Below, in pieces: positions 47,436 through 60,999 of a DNA stretch of 64,000 bases. A program made the translations under genes and the position numbers. Under the pieces are notes generated by a model. That model was not told where the DNA came from and searched no databases. It saw nothing but the letters and a program-made list of their open reading frames with translations. This DNA comes from Selaginella moellendorffii. Taxonomy: Eukaryota; Plantae; Lycopodiophyta. How positions within the stretch are numbered: the stretch's first letter is position 1; the number at the start of each line of letters is the position of its first letter. The stretch is from positions 496,813 to 560,812 of the forward strand of contig NW_003314343.1 of the NCBI RefSeq assembly GCF_000143415.4, read 5' to 3'.

Positions 47436-48267
47436 ATGGAGCCGCGAGTTTACTGGCGTGACAACAAGAAGCCCTGGAAGCCATACAAGCAAGAAGTTGC
47501 CCAAAAGATACTTGACAAGTATTTTGAGGTCCTAGGTTTGCACGGTAACTGTATTGATTTCTCGACAATGGAGCTGACGAATGCATGCACGAGAGTTGAT
47601 AGAATCGTCAAGATAGTGCTTGTGCCTGTTGAGGACCTACTCCTCCAACTGATCGATGCCAAATTCCTGGAGAGAGTCATCACCTGCCCGGGGGTCACCA
47701 TGCAAATTCAGCCAAACAAGCTAGACTCGTCTTCAGCGATCTACAGGAAGTTCGTGGGAGCTCTCCAACGCTACGCCACCCTCGACGACAATAGCATCTT
47801 AGGTATGTAGATTTTCCACTGCTAGCTTTTGATTTCTTGATTCACGCAAATGCCTGAAGGTTTAAACTTTATTTTAATGGCCTACTTCTTTCTTGCGTAT
47901 TGCAGATGAGATGCGGCAAGCGGTGCGCACTTGCAGCATCTCAGACCTCAAATCGTTAGAGTTTGTGTTTCATGGAAGCCCGCTGGAAAACATAAGCTCC
48001 ATCCTTGAACAAGGTCTTGATCCCCTGAAAGCCAGAGATGACTTTCTGTGGGTTGGAAAGGATCCACTTGTGAGTAGGCCGTACTGTCGAAGCTCCAGGA
48101 AAACAATGGTGCTGTTTTTGGAGCTCAAAAATCATGGTGAGAGCGACTGGTGCTTCAGAGGCAAACGAACTGTGCCACTTGATAAGAGCCATGTCTTACT
48201 GCCGGTCGCAAAGCTTGTCTGTAAGTTTCCAGAAGCAATGGTGCCGGTTTCACGGGTTTTTCAGTAA
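47436..48267 (+). CDS. WWE-domain plus PARP-like ADP-ribosyltransferase-fold protein (2 exons, intron 47803-47905, about 242 aa)
   Basis: WWE-like YWRDNKKPWKPY..CIDFSTMELTN..TR..R, then ART-like VFHGSPLENISSILEQGL..LWVG..SRPY..MVLF..LLPVAKL. The GT-AG splice keeps the frame. Confidence 0.72.
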
Positions 48268-48284
48268 CAATAGTAAGATTCTAT

Positions 48285-51200
48285 TCACCTCAATGAGCTA
48301 TATAGTCCTTGCGATCGTTTGAAACTAAACAGATCCTTGATCCTGTTCTTGCCATCTTCCAGGAGTTCCAGCTCCTGCATGTGGAGCTTGCCATAGATCT
48401 GGACGCTGAGCTTTCTCCTCATGGGCGCGCCAGATTTTATGTGATTGATGTAAAACTCTAGTAGCTCATCTTTGGTGAGAGTCCGTAGAGCAGCAACCTG
48501 GAAAAATATATACCACACAAGGTTTGCTGACGTTTCATAAGATTGTGTGCTGTTCATCACCTCGACTTGCTGCCTGTCAAACTTGCATGCGCCATTGTCA
48601 ATCTCCATCCAGAAGAAGTTTGTCTCCTCGTAAATGTTTTTGTGTTTCTCGAGCTTGATTTCGACGAGTGCCTCCACATTTCTCTGTCAAAAGGGGGGCA
48701 GCAAACATAAATGGTAGCTCCAACCAGCGATTACTTACCTGAAATTCCTCGTCACTCATGTTTGTTAGTGTCGTCTCAAATGATTTTAAAAAGTCCTCGA
48801 CTCTTTCCTCGACACCATTGGGATCCTGCGGGCAGATCCTCCTTCGGAATCAAAAGTATTTACAACTTGAAATTCTACCTTTACGGTGGACTGAACGATA
48901 AACTGCACACCTTGGACACCACAATCGTTCCTGAGGAAGAAAAACGAGCCCAATCAACTCCACGCCAATTGGATGTAATAATCTTTAATCGCAAAACCAA
49001 CCTAGTTACTAAGGCAGTAATATAGCCGAGCTGCTCCACAGATCTAAGCTGATGGAACGCAGGTTGTTTGGCACTGAGAACAAATAGCTCCACGAGAATG
49101 TTCATCACTGTCTCGTCTTGTCCCACCTATAAGTGTTCAATCCTTCATAGAGTTAATGAAAATGACAACATACCTGGAGGTATACATGGAGAGCTGAGTT
49201 TTCATTGTCGGGATTCAAACCAGATATTGGGTAAAACATTTCCGAGTTGTCTAGTTTTGTGATTCGGTCTTCGGTTGCTTGTGACGACAGCAATGGCTTC
49301 GTTTTCGTAGATGGAGAACTGGTAAACCTGTTCTCAATAAGTTCGGCCAAAGCCTCTGCCTCTTTTGTTGTCATGTTACCTGAATTTACAAATTGAAAAG
49401 AGCAAGTAACATTCGTGAGAGCAATCTGATTTCCAAACCTGCAGCATAGCAATCAGCATATATTCGAGAGAATAATTTGGGGAAAAAGGCTTGCAAATCG
49501 CTTGCGTTGAGAGAAGGAAGAGTTTCGAGATAGTCTTTTATGTGCCACCGGTTTTGTTCCATCATCAACGAACAGTAATACATAGCCTGTTGGTATGGCT
49601 GTTGAAACTTGTAGTTAACGTAATCTTTCATGAGCTTTTCCTGCCAGACGCAAGAACAGTCAGTGCACGAGAAGAACCGCGATATGTCCCATTTCATACC
49701 TTTATAACAAGAAACCGATCCTCTTTCACCTGAAAGTTGACCGCCTTGTCTACAATACGTTCCAAAAGACTGTACAGTTTATGATTGTAACCAGTGATGA
49801 ATAACTGTTAATGCAAGAAAAGTTTTGGTGGATTCATATCGAAGTAGCAACAATCTTACCAAAAAACCATGAGAGGTGCGTTGAATAGAATACTGCAGGC
49901 CAGCAATTTCTGCAAAATAAGCTGTAACCAGCATACCGGTAAGAATGTTGAGATTTTAGTGACTTATCACAGGCTCACCATATTCGTTCAGATAATCTAG
50001 AAGTAGTTTTGTAAAAATTGTCGATAGAACAGATGATTCAGGAGAATATTTGCATTCCGGACAATGCAAATGAATCATAACACAAGCTTTCGGCGTTTGA
50101 AACTTGGTATCAGGCTTATACCACAACTTCGACAATGATGAATTTCTCAAAACATAAGGATATTGCATCTGTAAATTCACACGTCAGTTCCATTGCTTGT
50201 TTTCTGAGATTTATACACCTTCAGATTTGCTTCCTTCAAGCTGAAGTCTGTAGGAATGAAAGGATTAGGATCTGGCAAATGTAGCCTTGGATCCAACGGA
50301 GCGTTTTTCCAGCTCTACATAAAGATGGTTTAAATCGAAAGAAGGAAAAGACAAAACAACAATGCCAACCTCGAGAAGAGATTCAGAAACTCTCTTTGCA
50401 GTGTAGGATGTACCATACCAAGGTTCTGTTTCATTGGTCATCCCTTCAAACTGCTTGGAGGACCAGATGATCCTAAAAAATAACAAAAAAATAAATGTAA
50501 AGGGCATTTCTTTGGTAGAAGTGGAAAGTTACCTGACGTTTTCTGGAGTTAAAAACTCAATCTCCTGTTTAATAGCATCAGGGTCAAAAGTTCTTGGCAA
50601 GGAGGAACCTGCAAGCCAATCTTCAACCGGATAAAGCTGAACAAGTAGCACTGTTTTAGAAACTTTATTTAAATCGAGAGAAAGCACACCTGCATACTCC
50701 CGGCCAGACGTGTAACATAATGCATTGGTTGGTACTTATCTTGATAATGGAACTTCATCTCACAGACTGTTCGTATCTTAGAAAGAGAAGAAGAACAATG
50801 GTCACAAAATGAAACCTCACGAGAAGTTCAAGTACCTCGTCAAAAAGTGCTTCTGTGACTCCTTTGCGTCCTAGCAGGCTAATATACTGAAAAGTGAACC
50901 CCACTATGTCCTCCATATGTTCTGCTAAGCTCTGCGAGTCTAAGGCACAGAACAAAACAAAACAAAAAAAAAAGACCTTGGCCTGCATCGGTGAGTTCGA
51001 TATAAATAGAAAAAAGAGAATAATCCGAACTCCTTTCATTTTCTCCGGCAGAAAGACTGCTCGCCCAGCCTAGTTATGATTTGATGTATCAAACCTTAAC
51101 AAGGAAAGCTCAAATGCTTACCAAGACTTTTGAGAAGTGCAAACAAAGAACCGTCTGCCTCATGTCCCAGAACGTGGCTAATGTATCGACAGGGTCCAGC

Positions 51201-52582
51201 TTTGTAATTCTTTAATTCAGGTAGAATTAACCAAGTTAACTCCAGATTATGTCGCTGCTTGATGGGAACTCCTTTGATAATGATCTACATAAAAGCGATC
51301 GAAAAATGAAGTTCAACACTAACAAACTACTTACTTGTTTATGCTCCGGAAGAAATGGTAGACCAGGAAAAGATGGAGCCATTTTGCCGGTATTTTTTAT
51401 GTCCTGAAACGTCTCGCTTACAATTTTTTCAAGCTCGTCCAAGGTTTCTAGCAAATGAGTTCAAGTTAATAAATAAAAGATCCTTATGTCTTTTCTTACC
51501 TCTTCCATACACACAAAGGCACATAAGATTTGCCGAGTAGTGAAATTTGTGGAACTTTATCAGCTCCTCTCTCGTATCAATGCCTTTAGATTTCGGAGAA
51601 ACATCCAAAGTCTCCAAACTACCTGAATTTCCAGCGTGAGTACTTGGATAAGAAACTTAGAAAACATGAATACCAGTTCCAAATTTGTGGTAAGGATGGT
51701 CTTTAGAACTCACATGTCTCGCAACCTGCACAAGTTCGACCAGTTACATGTTAGAAACACTTCACTAGAATAAACACATGGCATAATCTAGCAAGCAAAC
51801 GACACCTGATCAAATCGCCATCTATCGGTGGTAAGGTTTTTGTTATGCTCTATCAAAAGAAAGAGATACGAGCTCAGGTATAAAATTTGACTGCGGCCAT
51901 TCTTACCTGAATTCACAGCATTGATTTCTCTTGATGTAGCATCTTGCGACATCAAAGGGCAGATAAAAAACTGCGCAAACCTGAAATTCCGCGATCATTA
52001 GACATGAAACCGGGAGAAAAATGAAAAAAAAAACCTGTCAAGAGCCTGGCTTAAGTGCTCGGCGTTCACGTCAAAGTGGAAGTTTGTGTCCTCGGAGCTC
52101 GTGAAAGCATTTGAGTGACCTCCATGCTGCAAACGAGTAGCAGTTTAGACGAGAGAGAGAGAGAGAAAGAGAAATTATCCCATTTGGCCAGCCTACCTCG
52201 TTCAAAAACTTGGAGTAATCGTCTTCCAAGGGATATTTCTCGCTGGAAAAGAATAGCATATGCTCTACGCATTCCAAGTTCCATCGTCAAAACCAGCAAG
52301 GAAACATAAATCGAGAGGAATCGGTCCACATACCCAGGAAATGCGCAAGCCCTGCAAGCTCCTCGGGATCGCAAAACGATCCAACATTGACATCCATCGC
52401 TGCCGCGGCCTGCGCGCCATCACACAAATCCTCAATCCATCGAAAATTTCCGCTACGGATCTCACCTTATCCGTATCGGGATCGCTGACAAGGAGCACGC
52501 GCAGCTCATTCCGGAGCACCACATTCCTGTACTCCCGCTTGTCAGTGCGCGGCTTGACAATCTCGGGCCGGACCTCGCCCAT
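48285..52582 (-). CDS. Insulin-degrading-enzyme-like M16A metallopeptidase (many exons)
   Basis: [10 protein letters not shown], inverted zinc motif [33 protein letters not shown] and [12 protein letters not shown]. Confidence 0.95.
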
Positions 52583-52731
52583 GGATGGAGCTTGATCGAG
52601 CTAGGTAAAGAAGAGGGGAGAAAATATTCTTTAGGGCTCTTGCTGGCCGTTGATATGGACGGCTGGGATCATTATAAATAGTGCCAAATCCAAGCTAGCT
52701 TTTAGGTCATTGGTTTGGTTTGTCTTACTTC

Positions 52732-53259
52732 ATGGGTGACGGGATGGACGTGCCCGCGTTGATCATCGACGCGGCCGAGAACGAGGAAGAAGTGGCGGAG
52801 GAAGAGGCGGCGGCAGCCTCAGCGGCGCCGCCACCCGCGCAAGGAGTAGCCAAGAAGAAGCCGGCAGGGAAGAAGCCAAAGAAATCCAGCACCGCGGCCA
52901 AGCGGCGGCCATCAAAAGACGATCAAGATGCCGCGGATCCATCGCTGGGGGTTTCCAAAGGTGGCAGGAGGATCAAGAAGAAGGAGGAGAGCTTCAAGAG
53001 CTACATCTACAAGGTTCTCAAGCAAGTCCATCCGGAGACGGGGATCTCATCAAAGGCGATGAGGATCATGGACAATTTCATCTACGATGTGTTTGACAAG
53101 ATCTCGGCCGAGGTCTCGGCGCTCGTCAAGCGCACGTCCAGGCATACCGTGGGAGCTACCGACGTCCAAACCGCGGTGAAACTACTCATCCCCGGTGAGC
53201 TCGCCAAGCACGCCGTTAGCGAGGGTACCAAGGCCGTGACCAAGTTTATAGCCCACTAG
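52732..53259 (+). CDS. H2B: Divergent histone H2B variant (175 aa)
   Basis: [18 protein letters not shown] and [19 protein letters not shown]. Intronless, with TATAAATA upstream. Confidence 0.93.
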   Translation: MGDGMDVPALIIDAAENEEEVAEEEAAAASAAPPPAQGVAKKKPAGKKPKKSSTAAKRRPSKDDQDAADPSLGVSKGGRRIKKKEESFKSYIYKVLKQVHPETGISSKAMRIMDNFIYDVFDKISAEVSALVKRTSRHTVGATDVQTAVKLLIPGELAKHAVSEGTKAVTKFIAH

Positions 53260-54415
53260 CATAGGCAATAGTATAGAAAACCCTAAAACTCACGAGATCC
53301 CTAGATTCCTTGGTCGATCCTTTGTTTGATCGCTTCCGAGTCATAGCCCTAGCTAGCGTAAGAGGATATGTTAACGCAAGCTTTATTCTTTTTCTCTGCT
53401 AAACGCAACCATGGAAGTTTCACTGCGACTGAAAGTGTGGACGTGGCCCGGGTAAATTCGTTCGTTTTTACCCGAAAAACCAAAAGAAAAAAAAAATGGA
53501 GAGGAGGAGGGGCGTCAATGGCCGCCACCCTTTGCTGCTGTCCCTCCGTTTTTCGCCGATGTGACTCCAGAGCCGTTGGATCTTCCACGCTTGTTACTTG
53601 AGCACACTATACACACTACTGCTTTTTGTGGTATTTGGCTCTTCCATTTCTTAGGGCATTGATTTGCGCTATCGCCCGGATCCAATTTCGCGACTTCTCG
53701 GTGCGGATTCCTGGATTCTCCCTCCTCCGCGCCATCGCGCGCGCGTCTTCGGCCGGCTGGGCATCGATCGATCGGCGTCGCAAAAGCTTTTGCGAGCGCG
53801 AGGTTGTGGATCTTTCCTCTGGAAATTTGTGTGTTTTTTGGTTTCTCCCTGTGGGAATGCACGCGACGGGGCTTGGTGATGATGAATGCTGCTTGCGCTG
53901 CTGGATGTTAGTGGGAGATTAGGCAAGAGCTGGGGCTTATCCCCGGATTTGCAATGGGGGAATTCGCGCATTTGCAAACCCTAGGCTATGTCGTTATCTG
54001 CTTGATGCCTCGTGCCTGGCTTTCGCTGTGTTCTTCGCATTGTTTCCCCTCTTTCACCGTTTTTTTTTTTCTTTCTTGTTTTTCTCTTGGTCTCATTTGT
54101 TTCGATCGTTGATTTTGCAGGGCAAGGCGAGTGACTTGTGCTTGGAAGCTGCTCTAAGTTAGACTCATGAAGGTTGTCCATCGTTCTTTGGCTAGGGAAT
54201 TCCGGTTGGTTTTTTATTCTCTCTAGGATGGTCTCGAAGTTCTTCTTACTTGCAAGTTGCAACTCTGTGTGTGTTTGTTTGTGAACGATGTGTGTTTGCT
54301 TTCATGGCTAGCTTTCATTTGCACAGAAGTGAATGTTTTGCTGCTCTCTTTGTTCTTGCAGTTCTTCTTAGGAGCGACTTAGCATCACAACGGGCACTGC
54401 GATTTGCAGTGCCCC

Positions 54416-56317
54416 ATGGATACTGCAGCAACTGGACCAGTTTGGCAACCAACTTCTCTGTCGTTTATAGGAATCTCTGGAGAACAGCCTCATGGTGTTG
54501 CGGCACTCATGCAAACGTCGCAGCGCAACCAGCGCCTATGCTATGGGAGCTCGAGCTCTCATGGGGAATTCCCGCTCGCCACCAATCCATCCATTGTTTT
54601 GCACGTCCTCACCGAGTGCTGCCTTGATCCACAAGACCTGGCACGGCTTGAGGTAAGTTTTCTGAGTCTTCACTTTCACGTTTCTTACTGGCTGGCCCGG
54701 AGCTCACATGTTTTGTTCTTTTTTTTTTATTGTATCAGGCAACTTGCTCATTCTTTAGACACGCCGCCAACTTCACACCCGACGTCACGCTCTCCCTCTC
54801 GGAGCTCGCTGCATTGGACATGTGTAAGAGGCGGGCTATCTTCAGACCGATGACGAGCGAGGAGAGGGAGTCGCTCAAGGAGAGCTGTGGAGGGTCCTGG
54901 AAGCTGGTGCTGCGTTTTCTCAAAGCTGGCGAGCTTTGCTACAGGCGGGAGAAGATCCAGGCGATCGCGGGCCCTGGCCACAGCATCGTCGTTACCAAGA
55001 CCGGCGCCGTCTACACCTTCGGCTCTAGCAGTTCTGGGCAGCTTGGACATGGGTCGCTTGACGAAGAGTGGCGTCCTCGTCTGCTCAGGTCTGACAAGAG
55101 GCAGAGGGAGAGAACGTTTCTCAACGTTTTGATGTTTTGGCAGGTCCCTCCAAGGCGTGAGGATCATCCAAGCCACAGCAGGTGTAGGCCGGACGATGCT
55201 TATCAGTGACACTGGCCGGGTGTATGCGTTTGGGAAGGATTCGTTCGGGGATCCAGAGTATGGTGGCCCGGGCTCCAAGAACATCAACACGCCGCAGATA
55301 GTAGAGTCGTTGAACGGCATTTTTGTGGTACAAGCCGCTATAGGAAACTTCTTCACGGCCGTGTTATCTCGTGAAGGGCGAGTGTATACTTTCTCCTGGG
55401 GTGCGGATGCCAAGCTCGGGCACCAGACAGAGCCCGAGGATCAGAAACCGCAGTTGTTAAGGGGAGCGTTAGAGAATAAACCTGTCGTGCAAATTGCAGC
55501 AGGATATTGCTACCTCCTGGCTCTCACTTGTCAATCCACCGGGATGTAAGTCCTCTCATCTCTCCTTTTTCTTCTTCTTCTTCGAAAGTTCTTATAACTT
55601 TGCCTGGTTTTCATGCGCAGGGCGGTTTACTCCGTTGGCTGTGGACTCGGAGGAAAGCTGGGACACGGTACTCGATCCGACGAGAGATGGCCGAAGATGA
55701 TAGAGCATTTCCAGCACCTTCGCTTGCAACCGATTGCGGTGGCTGCGGGGGCATGGCACGCAGCCGTGGTGTCCGAGGATGGCCGAGTGTGTACCTGGGG
55801 ATGGGGCCGCTATGGCTGCCTGGGACACGGGAACGAGGACTGCGAGTTGCTGCCAAAGGTGGTGGAGTCTTTACAGGGAGTCAAGGCCGTGCACGTAGCT
55901 ACCGGGGACTACACAACGTTCGTGGTGACTGACGCGGGAGAGGTCTTCTCATGCGGCTGTGGGGAGTCCTCGAGTCTCGGACATCTCAGTGGTGCTACCG
56001 AGGGCCAGGTTCGTGGTTTTTTTTTTTGCACTCTTTCGCTTGGGTGTTTTACACATGCCGGGATTGTTTTGCAGGCTAATCGTCACGCGAACGTTCTCCG
56101 GCCGGAGCTCGTGTCGTCTCTTAAACAGAGAAACGAGAAGGTGTTGCAAATCAGCCTGACGAACTCGGTGACTTGGAACGCGCACACGTTCGCGCTCTGC
56201 GACTCGGGGCGATTGTTTGCGTTTGGAGCTGGGGACAAGGGGCAGCTTGGCACCGAGCTCCTGGACAACGAGAGCGAGAGAGGTACGCCAGAGCTCGTCG
56301 ACATCAATCTCAGCTGA
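54416..56317 (+). CDS. RCC1/UVR8-like beta-propeller protein
   Basis: GEFPLATNPSIVLHVL N-terminus and RCC1 repeats (VYTFGS..GQLGHG, AAGAWH, TWGWGRYGCLGHG). Four introns. Confidence 0.92.
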
Positions 56318-56493
56318 TGGAAGCATCAAAGAAGAGAAAAGCTCCATCCAGAATTTCCACTTTCACTGTGTAGATTTGTTCATCCACAAGGGACATATTT
56401 GTATATAGATCAATCCAAAAAAAACAGAAACTGAGTAAACGCTTCCCGGGCTTATTTGAATTTGAAATTTCGAATATTCGGGATGAATCTTCT

Positions 56494-58821
<2,328 letters not shown>

Positions 58822-59149
58822 TGTTTGCTGAGAAGTAGGAAAGAATGAAGCTCCTCTTCTTCTTATAAATGGATGCACTACCTGGCCGCTAAGCTAAGGA
58901 GCTAGCTCCAAGGACGCTGGAGCGTCTAAATTGGCACTTTATACAGCCAGTTTAGCAGTACAAAATAAACACTGGTCCGACACTTTCACCTCCAGACTGG
59001 CTAGAGGTGATAGCTCAAATGGATCATGTCAAACGCAGTTCATAGTGCGATCCATACGGCAAAAGGAAGGAGCCAAGGAATGGGAGGCCCACGTTAACCT
59101 CGTGCGGTCAAAAGCTATTCCCGGGCCTATTTGAATTTAAAATCTAAAA

Positions 59150-60660
59150 TATTCGTGTGGTATCTTCCCCCAGAAACTTGCCTCCTGTTCATGGGATCAG
59201 AGTTTGATGAGGATGTTCCTTGCTGCGAGTAGAGCCTTGGATTCAATGCCCGGACGTCGAAAGTGGCGGAGAGTGGGATATTGACGTTGGAATGGCCGGA
59301 GAGCACGTGAGACATCGAAGGCCTGTCCTTGGGGAAGCTTGAGTACACATGAGAGCGATGTGGATTGCCTGAACTAGCATTTTCTCTTGCTCGTTGCTAC
59401 TAGATCTTATGAGCTTGGGGTTTAGAAGATTTGCAAGCAATCCATCGGAATGGAGCTGCCAAGCCTCTGGAAAGAGAAAGAGTTGGCTTGAGAAAAACTT
59501 TCATGACAAAGAAAGAGGAGGAATTCACATACCCATTCCAGAAGATATTGCTCGGGTCTAGGCAGCGTCACGTCCCTGTTCTTTCTTTTGAGGTTCCTGG
59601 GACATTTGTGGTGATGATCTCCGTCACTTCGTCCTCTCTAATACAGCCTTGCAAGCCCAAAGTCTGATATCTTGGCTTCGAATATCAGAATGTTGTTGGG
59701 CTTTATGTCCCAATGAACGATGCGAATTTTGTGAAGGTACGTGAGGCCGCAAGCTGTCCAAGCAGTGTATTGTATCGGGTAGTCAAGGACAACCGAGGAG
59801 TTTCTTCCTCACCGACCATCTCGTCTGTCTCAACGCTAAAAGATAGGATGCAAACCACCCGGAATCTTGTCAGGCTAGTAAAAGGCTCTTAGTTTCTCAA
59901 GGAAGAGGCTTTTCTTGGTAAGTCAAATTTTCTTGCTTTGCTGTACGCTGCCAATAACCTTAACTTCGTTGAGAAACTGCTACTCCCCTTGGTTAGAGCT
60001 TCTTGATAGCGTTCTCGGCCTCATCACCAAAGTCCCCTGTCGCAAAGAGTAAAAGGAGGAAGAAACAATGAGAAACCATGTTGTCAAATCTATACCTTAT
60101 ACATGGCGTCAAATCCACCTGGGGCTTCTTGGTAGAGCTTCTTGTCATCACTAAAATCTTCTTAGCACGTCTGAGCATGTCGTAGGAAAGAGTCACAGGC
60201 CCTCGATGCAACGTCAACTGGATCTCATCAAATTCCTCTGAAAAAACCAATCATTTTTTTCTAGATAGTAAATGAGAGCGACATACCACGGGCTGGTTCC
60301 TGCTGTTTAGGAAGGCTTTTCCTCCTCTTGAGAATAAAATATCGAGCACGAGGAGCAGCAATGCCGCCACACGAGCAATTGGAATCCCAATTGCCAAGTC
60401 CCAAAGGTTACATCACAAGAAAGAAAAAAATATTCACTCGAAATTCATCCAAGACGAAAGCGTACCGTTGGAACTGGATGAGAGAGTCGCATTTTCGGGA
60501 ATGAAGAACTTCGAGATTCCCTGGAAGAAGATAGTAGCAAACACCTCCGCTGCCACTGCAGCAAGTGCTAGCGATCAAGGCAAGTGGTGCAATCAGCAGC
60601 GCTTAGATCTGGAATGGCCTCGATCCCCACCAGTGCTGCCACATTTCCTCGTGCTCGCTA
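59150..60660 (-). pseudogene. Degenerate tandem duplicate of the DUF26 kinase
   Basis: Collinear similarity to 56494-58300 ([50 protein letters not shown]) with deletions and frameshifts. Confidence 0.9.
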
Positions 60661-60999
60661 CTTGACCATCTTGGCTGTGAGAAACACTCGTTCCTCCTTT
60701 TGTTTGCTTCCCTGGTAAGGATCAAACTCTTTCTTCTTCTTTGGATCCTCCTATAGCTCTACTCATGTCACAGGCCCTGACGCTCGTCTTGGCACAGTGA
60801 GGTCAATGCAAGACGTCAAGGCATGGCGAGCTCACTACTGAGTGGTTTTAGATCGCAGCATTTGAGACCTACTTTGCTGCCTTGGGTGATCGAGATACTT
60901 TTGTGTCGCAAAAGAAAAATATGTCTTTTCCTGTGTGCTTGTTAGAACCTAAGGAAGAATTACTATGCTGATGTAGAGCAGATCACCACCCAGCCACCC

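Noticed and set aside
53571-53582. MSA-like element (TCCAACGGCT on the minus strand) upstream of the RCC1 gene, with similar motifs upstream of H2B
   Set aside because: Short single matches can occur by chance and there is no expression evidence.
60766-60980. Possible 3' LTR of the decayed gypsy (next to a purine-rich tract on the minus strand)
   Set aside because: The partner LTR is outside the window, so the boundaries cannot be verified.
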